Assembly: GCA_963713605.1 (NCBI GenBank)
Contig: CAVQMO010000010.1
Location: 512,001 to 576,000 of the forward strand
DNA from: an uncultured Nitrososphaerales archaeon
GTDB taxonomy: Archaea; Thermoproteota; Nitrososphaeria; Nitrososphaerales; Nitrososphaeraceae
Direction of reading: 5' to 3'
Length of the DNA: 64,000 bases
Shown: in pieces, positions 1 through 10,760 of the stretch
How positions within the stretch are numbered: position 1 is the stretch's first letter
Layout of the letters: the number at the start of each line of letters is the position of its first letter
The notes under the pieces: generated by a model
Told to the model about the DNA's origin: nothing
Seen by the model: only the letters and a program-made list of their open reading frames with translations
Database searches by the model: none
Position numbers and translations under genes: made by a program

Positions 1-350
1 TGAGTACGGTTCACCTGAATTCAGTCAAGATAGTTTACGAGGCTAATCGTTCGAAATAAGTGGGAGTATGGGTGTAATCAGAACAATTACAGGGCTACTA
101 TTCTATATTGATTAATTTCTTCAAATACCATTACTACGTCAAACCAGTTTACCTTTAGAAATTTATGTGGCAGCCGCTAAATTTCCATTGGATCGTAAAA
201 CAAAACTTTTCAGCTCTGATTACATGTTCAAAATTAAGTTCATTGCTAATCCTCAATCTTCTAAGTTATTGATTCGGTCAATCATCAGATTCAATTAACA
301 GGTTGATTAGATCACTATGGATCAATCAACTGATAGCATAGTTGAACGCG

Positions 351-974
351 CTAAGATGAAGAATATTTGAACTTGCAGTAAAAGCCGTTCTTTCCTGAAT
401 TATTCCATTGGTATCCAAAGTCATTGTAGGCGTTTCTAGTTGAGCGTGCGATTACCAAATCACTTTCGGGGACAGCAGAAAATGCCGGATTGGTGATGAG
501 AGCCTCTTTATTCTGGTCTGCTCCGTGAATCATTGATTCGCAACCATCTGCGCCTTCCTTCGATTCTGAACTCAATCGCAGACTGTTTGATACCTAATAT
601 TTCCCCGAATAGATCTTCGCTGCTCCAAAGAATCCGCCAGATTGTCCGGAGTAAATTTTAGTAATGGCATCCGACTGTTCTGCTGTTGCACGCTGGTCAA
701 TATACATCGCAACTTTCCACTTCGGTCCAGTCAGCATGTTCCCAGGGGCATGAAAGAAAGCTACCACATTCAGATTATCTAAATCAATATTACCAAAGTT
801 ACCTCCATTGATATGCCATGCAGGTATTACATCACAAAAGCCCTTATCTGGATCAGCCATAAATATGCACGGACAAATTATATCACAATTACAGCTTTCA
901 AAATAATCACCTTCAATCTTCCAGGAAGGTGACGATAAGCTGGGATCAGATTGATAAGTGGCTGCAGAAGACAT
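351..974 (-). CDS. DUF1326 family protein, split by one frameshift near 590-610
   Basis: W-x-I-x-G-D-Y-F-E-S-C-N-C-D-x-x-C-P-C N-terminus. The C-terminal part (AYNDFGYQWNNSGKNGFYCKFKYS) continues in another frame (351..575). Confidence 0.8.
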
Positions 975-2054
975 AGTAGATCTGTAATACTACCCAGAAT
1001 ATAAGATTTTATCTACATTATTAATTGTTTAACAAAGAGATTGTAACCAATATCATGACGATGCATTCTACTACATTTCAACCATATCGAACACTGTTCC
1101 ATAGTGGAACCAAAAAGCTTTTAGAATCATGCAGATGGATTTACAATTAATATAACCCATAATGCCAACTTCGAAATCGAAGTTCGCTACAGATGAACAT
1201 CAATTAGTAGAAATCGATCTTGGTCCCAAATTCATAATACCATATGTGATACCAAGAGGCGTTTCGTTTCTAAATAATCATATAAGCGCGCGTTACTAAG
1301 AGATGATATAACTCAATACCGCTTCTCAAATGCATTTTTTTTAATACCCTATTCTAGTGCTAATTGAAAAGATCATTTCAGCTATATTATGTGCATTAAA
1401 AATTCATAGCTATATTCTATTACCAATGACCTGGAGTTGGGTGGCTAAATAATATTATGTTTAATCGCACAGTATTTGTGGTAGTAATGCCTAGGACGTC
1501 CGCTACTTACAATAGCATGATTGTTTGTGATGCGCCCTCCGCAAGAAATACAAAGTCCATTCTGCTTAGTTTCGATTATTCTGAGAATACGACTTATTTT
1601 TTCGTTGGGATTAATGATTAGTGGAAGTATCAGATCAGTGAGTACCAGAGTAGAAGCTAATGAGACTTTTTATATATTAAAGTAGATTGAATACGCAATA
1701 TATTTTGAGTAACATGACTGAAGCTAATTTTAAGTGATTATTACAATATTCGATATGCGAGGAACGGTTAAGTCTGCTTTAACATTTACGACTAGATTTA
1801 GAATCAGATTTAACCTGTTGAATCGTCGGTAGGCTCTGCACTACCTGATAATTAATTTGCGCAATTAAAGAATCGAATATCAAGACTCGACTGTGGAAGG
1901 AAGATGATGTGCCTCTCAACATTTATTTTACCAAGCCATTCTTGAAAATAGCCCGTTTGTAAGGGAACCATAACGTCAACCATGTGTGTTGACTCATGAA
2001 CTACATAAAACTATTATCCAGTCAAGTCCGTTTAGGATCTAGCGAGAGAAATTC

Positions 2055-2700
2055 AATATTACTCCGGATGTTCTGGGAGTTATACATCTTGGCAGGGCCC
2101 ATTTTATCCTAAAGATATTGAAAATTCCAAGTGGTTAAAATATCATTCCAAGATCTTCAATTATGTTGTTACACACGACAAGAGACTAAGGAATTTCGAT
2201 GAAGATCAATTGGATTACTTCTTTATCAATCTCTGAACTAATCCAGTTGCCACCAACCATACAGATTGTAGAAGGTCTGGAGGCCTTAAAGAATATCCTT
2301 CCACACCTTGACAGAAGTTTCAGATATGCCGTAGAAAGACATAGATCCTGGTTTCAAGATCTTGCGTACAATCTCTTCGCAAACAATAAGATGTGTTTCG
2401 TATGGAGTCAATATGCAGATATACATACTCCTCCAATAGTCACTTCGGATTTTGTATTTGTAAGATTCATTAGTGACAGAACCATACAAGAAAAAAATTT
2501 CGGGCAAATTCAGATTGATAGGATAAAAGAAATGAAGAAGGTCGCGCGAAACTTCAAGGATAATATTAATGAAGGAAATTTATCAAATGTAAGGTGCTAT
2601 CATTGCACCAAACAATCATTACGCCGGCTTTGGCCCAGGTACAGTAAATATCTTCAGACAATTGTTGGGTCTAGAAGAAGCAAAATGGGGAAATGAGTAT
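2055..2700 (+). pseudogene. DUF72 family protein remnant
   Basis: GC(S)-x-Y-x-SWQGP-FYP-like start near 2065, then IQLPP, FRYAVE.RH.SW and FVFVRFI.DR. Frameshifts and an internal deletion. Confidence 0.75.
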
Positions 2701-3001
2701 GATTCAAAGGATGATCTTGGCGAGAGCTATAATGGGAACAAGAATAATCGCTCGTCTGTCCTACTTTTTCAAAGAAGAATTGAGTAAAGTCTGAATTGGT
2801 CGATATTCTCACTATAAGCCATATCATTTTTTTCTATAAGACGGAGTTCGACGTATCGCCGATACCTTCTAATTCAGATTTGAAGGCACAAACACACATT
2901 AATAACGATTGATTTTCAATGATGTTGGGAGATGTCAAGTCTCCCGATGCGTCATTCCGTCAAATACAATAAAATTAGATTTCGAATAAGCCTTATCACA
3001 A

Positions 3002-3316
3002 TTGAAAATATCTGAACTATGTAAAATGATTGAATATTCGATTCAATCTGGAAGATATCCTCTAGATCAGGAAACTGAAAGACAATTGTCGGGTCTCGTG
3101 CAAGTAATCAACAGATCTTCGTCTGATGACCTCAAAGAGAGTGACATCAAAATAGAAGTAAGATTACAAGATCTTTACGTATTGAACAACTACATTCAAA
3201 GTATCCAACATCTACCAGGAGTCATTGAAATCGATGCATTAGATTCCTTTAAGATGCTGAGTAGGCGTACTGGAAGAAAAGAGAAACCTAATATTTCATT
3301 TCATTCACCGAACTAG
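3002..3316 (+). CDS. hypothetical protein
   Basis: Clean 104-aa ORF with plausible globular composition. Confidence 0.6.
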   Translation: MKISELCKMIEYSIQSGRYPLDQETERQLSGLVQVINRSSSDDLKESDIKIEVRLQDLYVLNNYIQSIQHLPGVIEIDALDSFKMLSRRTGRKEKPNISFHSPN

Positions 3317-3703
3317 GACATCATTATTTCAAAAATTTGGTATTTAGAAGGGATAAATACCATTATACAATCCCTTTGAGGCTATTCTGTCAATGGCAAT
3401 CGAACCTTTAGTGTACTAATTCTATTCAAAAATCCGATTTCATTTTCAAATAAAACTTAATATTCGGTAGGTATTACCATGGAGAGCTTGAAAGCTTATT
3501 CAGATTTTAGACTTAGGTTTTTCAAGATCACTAAGGTTTGAGTTGTCGTCATAACCAGTTGATTGACACTATCATAGCCAATCTTGGAGAGCCATTGGCT
3601 CAGATTCAAATGTTTATATAAAACTAAGAAAATGTAGCGTTACTGTAGAAAAATAGATGGAATGGATGGACGGATGGAATCCTATACTGTTAAAGCATGA
3701 AAG

Positions 3704-4843
3704 TTATCCACCTATTGTATGCATCAAATTCAAAGAAGATTTTAATGCGTTTGCCTTAATGATCTTGATTATCCCTTCGGGCTTTTTCACCACATTTTCT
3801 GCAATCTTCTTCTTAATATAATAATTTGGCTTGCCGCTTCTCAGCATATTCCTAAGATCATATCCTGGGTTTTCATAAAGACATGTCAACAATCTGCCAT
3901 CTGAAGTTAGTCGCATTCTATCGCAGCTGGCGCAGAAAGGCTCAGTCATTGATGGGATAAATCCAATTATCCCCCTTCCATCACAAAATGAGAAAAGTGT
4001 AGCAGGATCGGATTTATGGTTTTGGTTGTAATATTTATTTGGATTATTCATGTGGTTTATACTATTGGTATCATTGGGGTCGCAATTTGAAGTATTATTT
4101 AAAGGCATCACTTCTCCCAGGTTTCTAGTTATCAGATCGATCATTTCTCTTTTACTATAAACCAAATTTGATTGCCAAATTCCGCTCCCATCTAATGGCA
4201 TAAATTCTATAAAGCGTACTATGTGTCCAGTATCTCGTGCAAAATTAGCAAAATCAACAATTTCATCGTCGTTCCACCCTCTTATTACCACGGTGTTAAT
4301 TTTTACATTTAAGCCGGCACTTTCAGCAGCACTAATGGCTTCAATTACTTTGTTGAAGCTATTTATGCCGGTTATCTCTTTGAATCTTGATGGTCTAAAG
4401 GTATCGAGACTTATATTAACGCCTTCAAGTCCAGCTGCTTTCAACACTCTGGCTTTTTCTCCAAATAACATGCCATTCGTTGTCATGCTAATTGATTTAA
4501 TACCCTCTATCCTGGTCAATGTAACTATGAGGTTCTCTATATTTGGTCTTAGGAGAGGTTCTCCTCCTGTCAGTCTTATTCGCTCTATGCCAAGATCCGC
4601 CAGAATAGAAACAAGCCTTGAGATCTCACGATAATCTAATATATTATGCTCATTAAACCATCTAACCTTTCCTCTTGGCATGCAATACATGCAACGCATA
4701 TTGCATCTGTCTGTAACTGAGATCCTAAGTTTTTTTGCAATTCTACCAAAGTTATCAACGAGTACCTTCTTGCCCTCACGATCATCATGTTCATCTATTT
4801 GATGCTGTCTCCTTTCCACCTCCCTTATTTCCTCCCCGTCCAC
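3704..4843 (-). CDS. moaA: GTP 3',8-cyclase (molybdenum cofactor biosynthesis, radical SAM)
   Basis: LRISVTDRCNMRCMYCMP (CxxxCxxC), TGGEPLLR, RFIEFMP, FCASCDRMRLTSDG..TCL, C-terminal IGG. Confidence 0.96.
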   Translation of the reverse strand: MDGEEIREVERRQHQIDEHDDREGKKVLVDNFGRIAKKLRISVTDRCNMRCMYCMPRGKVRWFNEHNILDYREISRLVSILADLGIERIRLTGGEPLLRPNIENLIVTLTRIEGIKSISMTTNGMLFGEKARVLKAAGLEGVNISLDTFRPSRFKEITGINSFNKVIEAISAAESAGLNVKINTVVIRGWNDDEIVDFANFARDTGHIVRFIEFMPLDGSGIWQSNLVYSKREMIDLITRNLGEVMPLNNTSNCDPNDTNSINHMNNPNKYYNQNHKSDPATLFSFCDGRGIIGFIPSMTEPFCASCDRMRLTSDGRLLTCLYENPGYDLRNMLRSGKPNYYIKKKIAENVVKKPEGIIKIIKANALKSSLNLMHTIGG

Positions 4844-4909
4844 CTTACAGTATCATACAATTCGATAACCACAATTTTAGCCTTTAATCCATCCTCGCTA
4901 TCTTGTAAA

Positions 4910-5564
4910 TCATTTTTCTAATCGTTTGATTTGTTCCAGAAAATAGTGCTTCCATCCTATAGGTAAAGCATCAACTTTTACTGCACGTCGCATCGTTTGG
5001 AAATCCTCCCTTTCAATTGAGTATAGTCGCGCTATGTCACTAATAGTAATTCGATTTGGATCTTTTGTAATTTGCTCAATCGAATCACCTGTTGCGACTT
5101 CACCTTCCTTTGATACCTTAAAGTATATTCCAGAACGGCCGCTAGCCAGAAACTTTTTGATGATATCCATACGTCCGAATTTAACCCCAAGTTTGTAACA
5201 AGGCATCCGTGGCTGTGTTGCTATTAACAGTGGCAGATCCTATTCTAAAAGTATCACCTACGTTAATCTCGCTCTCGATCAGTCCTTCTACGGTAAGGTT
5301 TTCTCCAAACATTCCGCTTGGCATCGCTAAATCGGGAAAAACGCTGTGCCAATATGCGTAATGCTTCACAGAAGATGCATAAACTGCTTTATCAGGCCCA
5401 CCATGCACAGTTAAATCTGCTTGTCTGTCACCGTCAAGATTAAACGTTTTCAACCTTATACGTCCCTTAACTGGCTCTTTGAAAATACCTGTTGTTAATT
5501 TCTGCCCCTCAAAATCAATCTCTTTTGGAAGGGATACATTGACAGAAAGTATTCTAGCCGTCAT
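4910..5564 (-). CDS. MOSC domain (YiiM-like) protein with 3-alpha domain, one frameshift near 5225
   Basis: GDRQADLTVHGGPDKAV, FGENLTV, then QPRMPCYKLG..SGRSG.YFKV in the second frame. Confidence 0.88.
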
Positions 5565-5785
5565 TCGTGTGCCTCCGATTGAAGGATATTTTCAACACAC
5601 GTATATTATGTCACAGATATTTAAGTATCTGGGAGCACAGATTAGCAGATATATTTGCGCAGGTATATGTAACTGGCCCTTGCGATGAGGAAGCAACTAA
5701 TATCATCATCATCTAATGTGAATCCAACTTTAAACACAAGCAGCACAACAGCAACGCCTGTTCATGAAGGAAAGCGACCACCACA

Positions 5786-5917
5786 GTAACAGAAGGCTTG
5801 CGGTCCAGATAAACTCAGATAATAGTCAAATAATCACAGATCAACAAGATGCTATATTCGGCCAGCTGTTTCAAGGGAAGAAGAATATAGACCAAAACAA
5901 AGCAAATGACTTTGACT
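5786..5917 (+). pseudogene. orphan fragment paralogous to the C-terminus of 39449..41134
   Basis: SNRRLAVQINSDNSQIITDQQDAIFGQLFQGKKNIDQNKANDFD nearly matches 40949-41080. Confidence 0.85.
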
Positions 5918-6109
5918 TCTGTCTGTACATTCGTTATTTAGTGTGCTATGCTATGTCTATTCTGTTTTATCGCCTTTGTTAGATGCAGCTGACGGGACTA
6001 ATCACCTCCAGGTGTTTATGAATTGGAGCTGGATGCATGATTACAGATGTAAAGAGCAGACGAATAGGGATTGCAGGAAGAAATAAGGAATAAGAAACGA
6101 AAAAAGAGA

Positions 6110-6946
6110 TCAGTCGCTTATTGAGACAAAGTTGCTGCCAAAGTTGGTGCAGCTACTTCCATCTACACATCCATCAATGCTTTGCACATTGCTTTGTTCC
6201 ACTGTATTCCCTATAGAGGACTCAAACAGAGCTGTGTTCTCAGCAGCACTAAAACATACAGAACCTTGAGCACATCCAAGGTTTGTTTGCAAGTTTTGCT
6301 GGGTCAATATATTGCCCCTACCTATGCCTTGTTGTGACGCATAATTAATTGCATAATTCTGGCATAAGGAACCGTCTAGACACTGACCATTCATCTGAAT
6401 GTTAGAATGAAAAATGGTATCGGCTACAGAGAAACCTTGTGATGCTAGATTGAATGCTTGATTGAAGCATCCAGATCCGACGCAATCAATGTTAAACTGA
6501 TCATTAGATTGGTAAATGTCACTAAACTGCGTAGCAAACTGTAACGCTTGATTAAGGCCTTCATTACCAGCAGCAGCTCCAGGACCCATTATCCCCAAGT
6601 TTTGTTGGTTGTTGTTTTGCAGTACAATATTTGGAAAGCTAGACTGCAGAAAAGCATAGTTTGTTGATAAGTTGATACAACTAGCATCGGAGCATATTGC
6701 ATTTAACTGGAATGCGTTTTGGTTAACGAATGCATCACGGAAAGAAACGTCAGCAAAATTGGTATATGGAAAGAGGGGAGATAGTGGTCCATTGAAGCAG
6801 CTTGCAGCACTCATACAATCTATATTGTACTGCTGCTCATTTTGAATTATCTGGTTACCGAATGCATAGGCTTCCTGTGCCCCCAGTATAGACGATAAGT
6901 TTCCTGCTGTAGAAGCAGTCATGGCTACTGCAGCCGTCGTCGACAT
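6110..6946 (-). CDS. secreted Gln/Asn/Cys-rich repeat protein (seven ~35-aa repeats)
   Basis: AQEAYA signal-cleavage-like motif followed by repeats of Q-x-N-x-Q-x-N-x-x-C-x(4-5)-C-x-N-x-A-x-N-x-A. Confidence 0.75.
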   Translation of the reverse strand: MSTTAAVAMTASTAGNLSSILGAQEAYAFGNQIIQNEQQYNIDCMSAASCFNGPLSPLFPYTNFADVSFRDAFVNQNAFQLNAICSDASCINLSTNYAFLQSSFPNIVLQNNNQQNLGIMGPGAAAGNEGLNQALQFATQFSDIYQSNDQFNIDCVGSGCFNQAFNLASQGFSVADTIFHSNIQMNGQCLDGSLCQNYAINYASQQGIGRGNILTQQNLQTNLGCAQGSVCFSAAENTALFESSIGNTVEQSNVQSIDGCVDGSSCTNFGSNFVSISD

Positions 6947-7329
6947 CGCTGTGCCGGAAAGTTTACAGCCGTAGATACGCCTTCTTTCAAGTCATATCGC
7001 GATATTGGTCCATTAGCGCCACTTATTCTTATATATGACAATATTCAGTAATATTCTTACTTTTTATTCTTATATAAGTAATCTGAACGATTTTGCTGTA
7101 AAAGTGATACTTTGCCGATTTTGAGGTAATCTTCTTTCGTAAGGCTAGTGGCTATGGCTCTCCTCTTGTCTGATAGCAATCCATTCCCAGATAGGTTAGC
7201 AGTCACAGTGTCTGCAACTTTGCTCACAAACCATCTGGCTTGTTGGCTCAGGCAGCAACAAAAGCAACAATCGCGCTAGCAGCACGGTTTGAATGAACGA
7301 TTGAATGAATTTCATCGCTGTTTAACGAG

Positions 7330-7524
7330 ATGAAGCAAATGCTTGTCAACCTTGAAAAAGGAACCCGGAAGAAGTTGGTTAAAGAGTTCCACCAGAGGAC
7401 TGGTAACGAACTCCAAGATGAGTGGTATGAATCTGAGGATTATGAAGACTGGATGAGGTCACTACATCCTGACTATGATGAGGTTGTTAGTCGTCGCGAA
7501 CAAATAAGTAAAGTAAACCGTTAG
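7330..7524 (+). CDS. small acidic hypothetical protein
   Basis: 64-aa ORF with coding-like composition. Confidence 0.45.
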   Translation: MKQMLVNLEKGTRKKLVKEFHQRTGNELQDEWYESEDYEDWMRSLHPDYDEVVSRREQISKVNR

Positions 7525-7837
7525 TTACCTTGGGTTCCCGCGTTTGCAGAGCCTCAGAGACTCATCCAGATATTACTGCCATCATTTAATCATCGCACGA
7601 CCAATTTTCTGCCTGGTTTCAAGAGTCCACTTCTTACCACGATCGATTTAATATCTGCAGAACGTTAGCATATAGTTCATCACCAGATGTTAACAAGAAC
7701 TTGAAGACACCACTTCCAACATTGGTGTTATCAGAAGGTGGGGTACCTACTACACATATACTAGTAGTTAAGATTACACGTACTAATATTTTTAAAGCAA
7801 AGGAAGACTAAGGATAAGTTGAGTTGATTTCAAAATA

Positions 7838-8020
7838 ATGCCACTGGCAGCAATGTTGAAGCCTTCAACTCGGCCAGTTGTCGAGGTGACATGTCCAGAT
7901 GCTAACTGCGGATATGTTACGACAACGGTACGAGTCAATAGTCAGTTCATTAATTGCAGCAAGTGTCACAAGGCAATAAAAATATCCTTTAACAGAAAAA
8001 AGGCGGAAGGAGGGAATTGA
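7838..8020 (+). CDS. small Zn-ribbon protein
   Basis: CPDANC...CSKC. TATA-like TTTTAAA about 40 nt upstream. Confidence 0.65.
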   Translation: MPLAAMLKPSTRPVVEVTCPDANCGYVTTTVRVNSQFINCSKCHKAIKISFNRKKAEGGN

Positions 8021-8163
8021 CTTGGTACCTCAATCTTCTTTCCGCTTTGATTGCCGTTGTGATACACAGCCCTTCATGCAGAGGTACGAAGACCGATTCG
8101 TTCGAGCGATAGATCATTCTACTGAATTTAGCGCTAGACGATTGGATTCTCTTCGCTTAGGGA

Positions 8164-8415
8164 GTGGTACGCTTGACTAACATACAGCAATCTGGAATAA
8201 ATAATTTCGCGATCCAAAACGCCTGCACTGAGTACCTTTGGGATCAAGTTACTTCTCTATTTTGCAATCGCGGCCATCCATTGCCTGTTCATTCTCGCAA
8301 CAACGATCCTAGGCATAGTCATTGTGTAATCCGCGGATGCCCCTGTAGTTATTGCACACCGTACAAGTCATGCGTCCAAAGAAACGGCCACTCGCGGAGG
8401 GTTCATGGTAGATGA
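8164..8415 (+). CDS. small Cys/His-rich hypothetical protein
   Basis: C-x-R-G-H...H...C-x-x-x-G-C-x-C-x-Y-C. Its stop overlaps the next start (ATGA). Confidence 0.45.
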   Translation: MVRLTNIQQSGINNFAIQNACTEYLWDQVTSLFCNRGHPLPVHSRNNDPRHSHCVIRGCPCSYCTPYKSCVQRNGHSRRVHGR

Positions 8416-8699
8416 CGAGAACTACGAAGGACACTTTGTTCACAGAGAAGCCCATCAAACATTATGAAGATATTGGACTAAGACCTGTGGGGATATTTCT
8501 TCCCAGTAATGCCGCCGGGTTAGAATGGAAAAAGGCATATCCAGATCCCGAATTTCGATGGTCTACTACTACACTACCGATTAAGCAAGATCGGTATGCG
8601 TTCGAAAATGGTGCTACGATGCTCGGACGCACGCACATTAAAGACCCAGAAACAGGGCAATATTATAATCTAAATGTATTAGATACCGTCATCAATTAA
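8412..8699 (+). CDS. hypothetical protein
   Basis: 95-aa ORF translationally coupled to the upstream ORF. Confidence 0.55.
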   Translation: MTRTTKDTLFTEKPIKHYEDIGLRPVGIFLPSNAAGLEWKKAYPDPEFRWSTTTLPIKQDRYAFENGATMLGRTHIKDPETGQYYNLNVLDTVIN

Positions 8700-9470
8700 T
8701 AGATGCATCCTCTTGGGACTGGGTAACGGACAGGTTACGAGATCTAGTTAAGGAGTTCCTATTAAGTGTCGGAGTAGTAAACGGTGATTACAGCCAGAGT
8801 CTACTTGATGTCTTCAAGAAATCCACGTTTGTCACAAAGACTCGGAAGGCGTATGGTCATCGCAACTTTTGGCTGTCAAGACAGCAGAGGAAGGCAATTG
8901 GAACCGCTGATTGCAGAAAGGGACGCGAGTTTGAAATCAAGACTGATAACTCTCTTGGTTTATGCACATTTTTTCCATATAAAGTTTTTAAGATTAGGAA
9001 GGCCCTATGTAGGAGTAAATATGGCTAAGGTTCCAAAGGTTCCATATGGTATCCGAGTGTTCTCAGAAATAATGCACTTGAATCTTGAGCTGTGATTTGT
9101 GGTTGACTTATTTTCTTTCCCGCAGTATTGGTCATACGCGATTATACTCATTGTATAAACACAATCCAGCCAGTTAAATGCTCCTTGAATCCCATTTCTC
9201 CGAAACTATTCTTCCAAAGTAATTTGCACTAATCTATCTGGTTCGGTCGGATACAATACACTATATCATCTAATTCTATTCTAACATTTTTATCATCCAG
9301 ATCTGGAAATACAATATCAATGATCTTTTTCATAACATCATTTTGATCAATGGCAACTTATATACTCAGATGTATTATGCCGGTTAATTTCAATCTTAGG
9401 AAGACTATTACTCATTGATACTCAATCTATGCTAGTATAATGTATTTACGTCACGTACCATGTACCACTC

Positions 9471-9662
9471 TTACTGCCGTCCCCTCTCGAGATCTTGCAT
9501 TCTAGCTGTCAAAGCCATTAATTGATCAGAAAGGTGTGCTATGGCATCATCCTTCATCTTATCCCTTTCTCTAAATGACTGGTTTAGCTCTTCTAGTTCC
9601 TCTGTTTTGCTTTGAATATCTGCACCTTGTCTTTCGAGTTGATGCACATTCAGAAACGTAAG
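9471..9662 (-). pseudogene. C-terminal coiled-coil fragment, probably of a thaumarchaeal tyrosine integrase
   Basis: Hand translation: LTFLNVHQLERQGADIQSKTEELEELNQSFRERDKMKDDAIAHLSDQLMALTARMQDLERGRQ*, no start codon. The family call is from recalled similarity, not a search. Confidence 0.55.
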
Positions 9663-9803
9663 AACTAAAGCGTAGGATAGGTGAGTTCGAAAATATTTAG
9701 GAGTATTACACTGAAGAACAGATTTGGCAGATGAGATATGGAGACAACATGCAGATCATACCTGTAACATCCATCATTCAGAACCTGATAGTATCGCTAA
9801 GAC
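9661..9803 (+). pseudogene. terminase-like fragment, sub-family B
   Basis: ELKRRIGEFENI*EYYTEEQIWQMRYGDNMQIIPV / HPS..QNLIVSLR matches the segment at 29185-29380. Confidence 0.8.
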
Positions 9804-9818
9804 CAAAACGTAGAATTA

Positions 9819-10068
9819 AAGATAAGGTTAGAATTCTCAAATATTGTAAACCCACAAGATCCAAGTTCTAGTTATCAAGTTATAGTTAGAACCAGAAATG
9901 CAGCGAATGTTGTGATGGATGGCCCTACTCTTTCTGTAGCATATAACATAAAGCAGATAGGCACTGATGATTTAGAAAACGGTGCAATTACAACCGACAA
10001 GATACTCCAGGGGCGGTAACCGGAAACAAGTTAGAAGGGACGACAAAACTAGAATTTGGTACGTGTAC
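9819..10068 (+). pseudogene. fragment of a surface/fibre-like beta-rich protein
   Basis: KIRLEFSNIVNPQDPSSSYQVIVRTRNAANVVMDGPTLSVAYNIKQIGTDDLENGAITTDKI, no start codon. Paralogous fragment at 10607-10760. Confidence 0.6.
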
Positions 10069-10606
10069 GAGGTTCCTGCCTTCGATTCCTCCATTACAAT
10101 TCAGGGACATAATTTGCCCTACCCCACAAGGGGTACAACCTGGTGATCAGATTGTTGTAGAACATAGTAGCCTTACGATTTGTTGCCCTGAACCGGTACA
10201 TACCAATTCGGTCATCTCCACCAGCGGTCTTGCATTTGGATTCATAAATCCGAGTGAATTCTATTTTACTTATAGCGTACCCGTAACAATAAGTTATATT
10301 ATTTTTAGAACTCAATAACACAAGAACGAAATATGTGTTATAGCCCTCTTGTGCATCTGTTACCCATATTTTTATCAGATTTGGGATATAACTAAACAGA
10401 TTATTCTATCAGAACTCGCTTTATGCGTCTTTGAACCTCCGAAGAATCTCTGATTAACAGATGAACTTGAGGCTTATGTACTAGTCGATACAATTACTAC
10501 GACCATAGCATTGTAAGAACAATGACAGGTATTTTATAACCTTCAATCGAACTCTCGAATCTCATATAAAAGTTCCAATATAAAATGGGTATTCCAAAAT
10601 AACCTA

Positions 10607-10760
10607 GGTACGGTAAGTAAGTATGGACAAACGTTAACCTATACAGTAACCAATGCTGTCAACGTACCAGCAGGTACAAAGATAAGATTAGAGTTTGCGA
10701 ATAACAATAACCCACTAACTCCCAGTGCTAATTATCAGGTTATAGTTATGACAAGAGGTG
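10607..10760 (+). pseudogene. second fragment of the same surface-protein family
   Basis: GTVSKYGQTLTYTVTNAVNVPAGTKIRLEFANNNNPLTPSANYQVIVMTR. Confidence 0.6.

Noticed and set aside
4221..4634. Antisense ORFs over moaA, MFS, HdeD, dinB, PAC2 and the tRNA (e.g. 53077..53631, 58361..58843, 62075..62260)
   Set aside because: Shadows of well-supported genes on the opposite strand.
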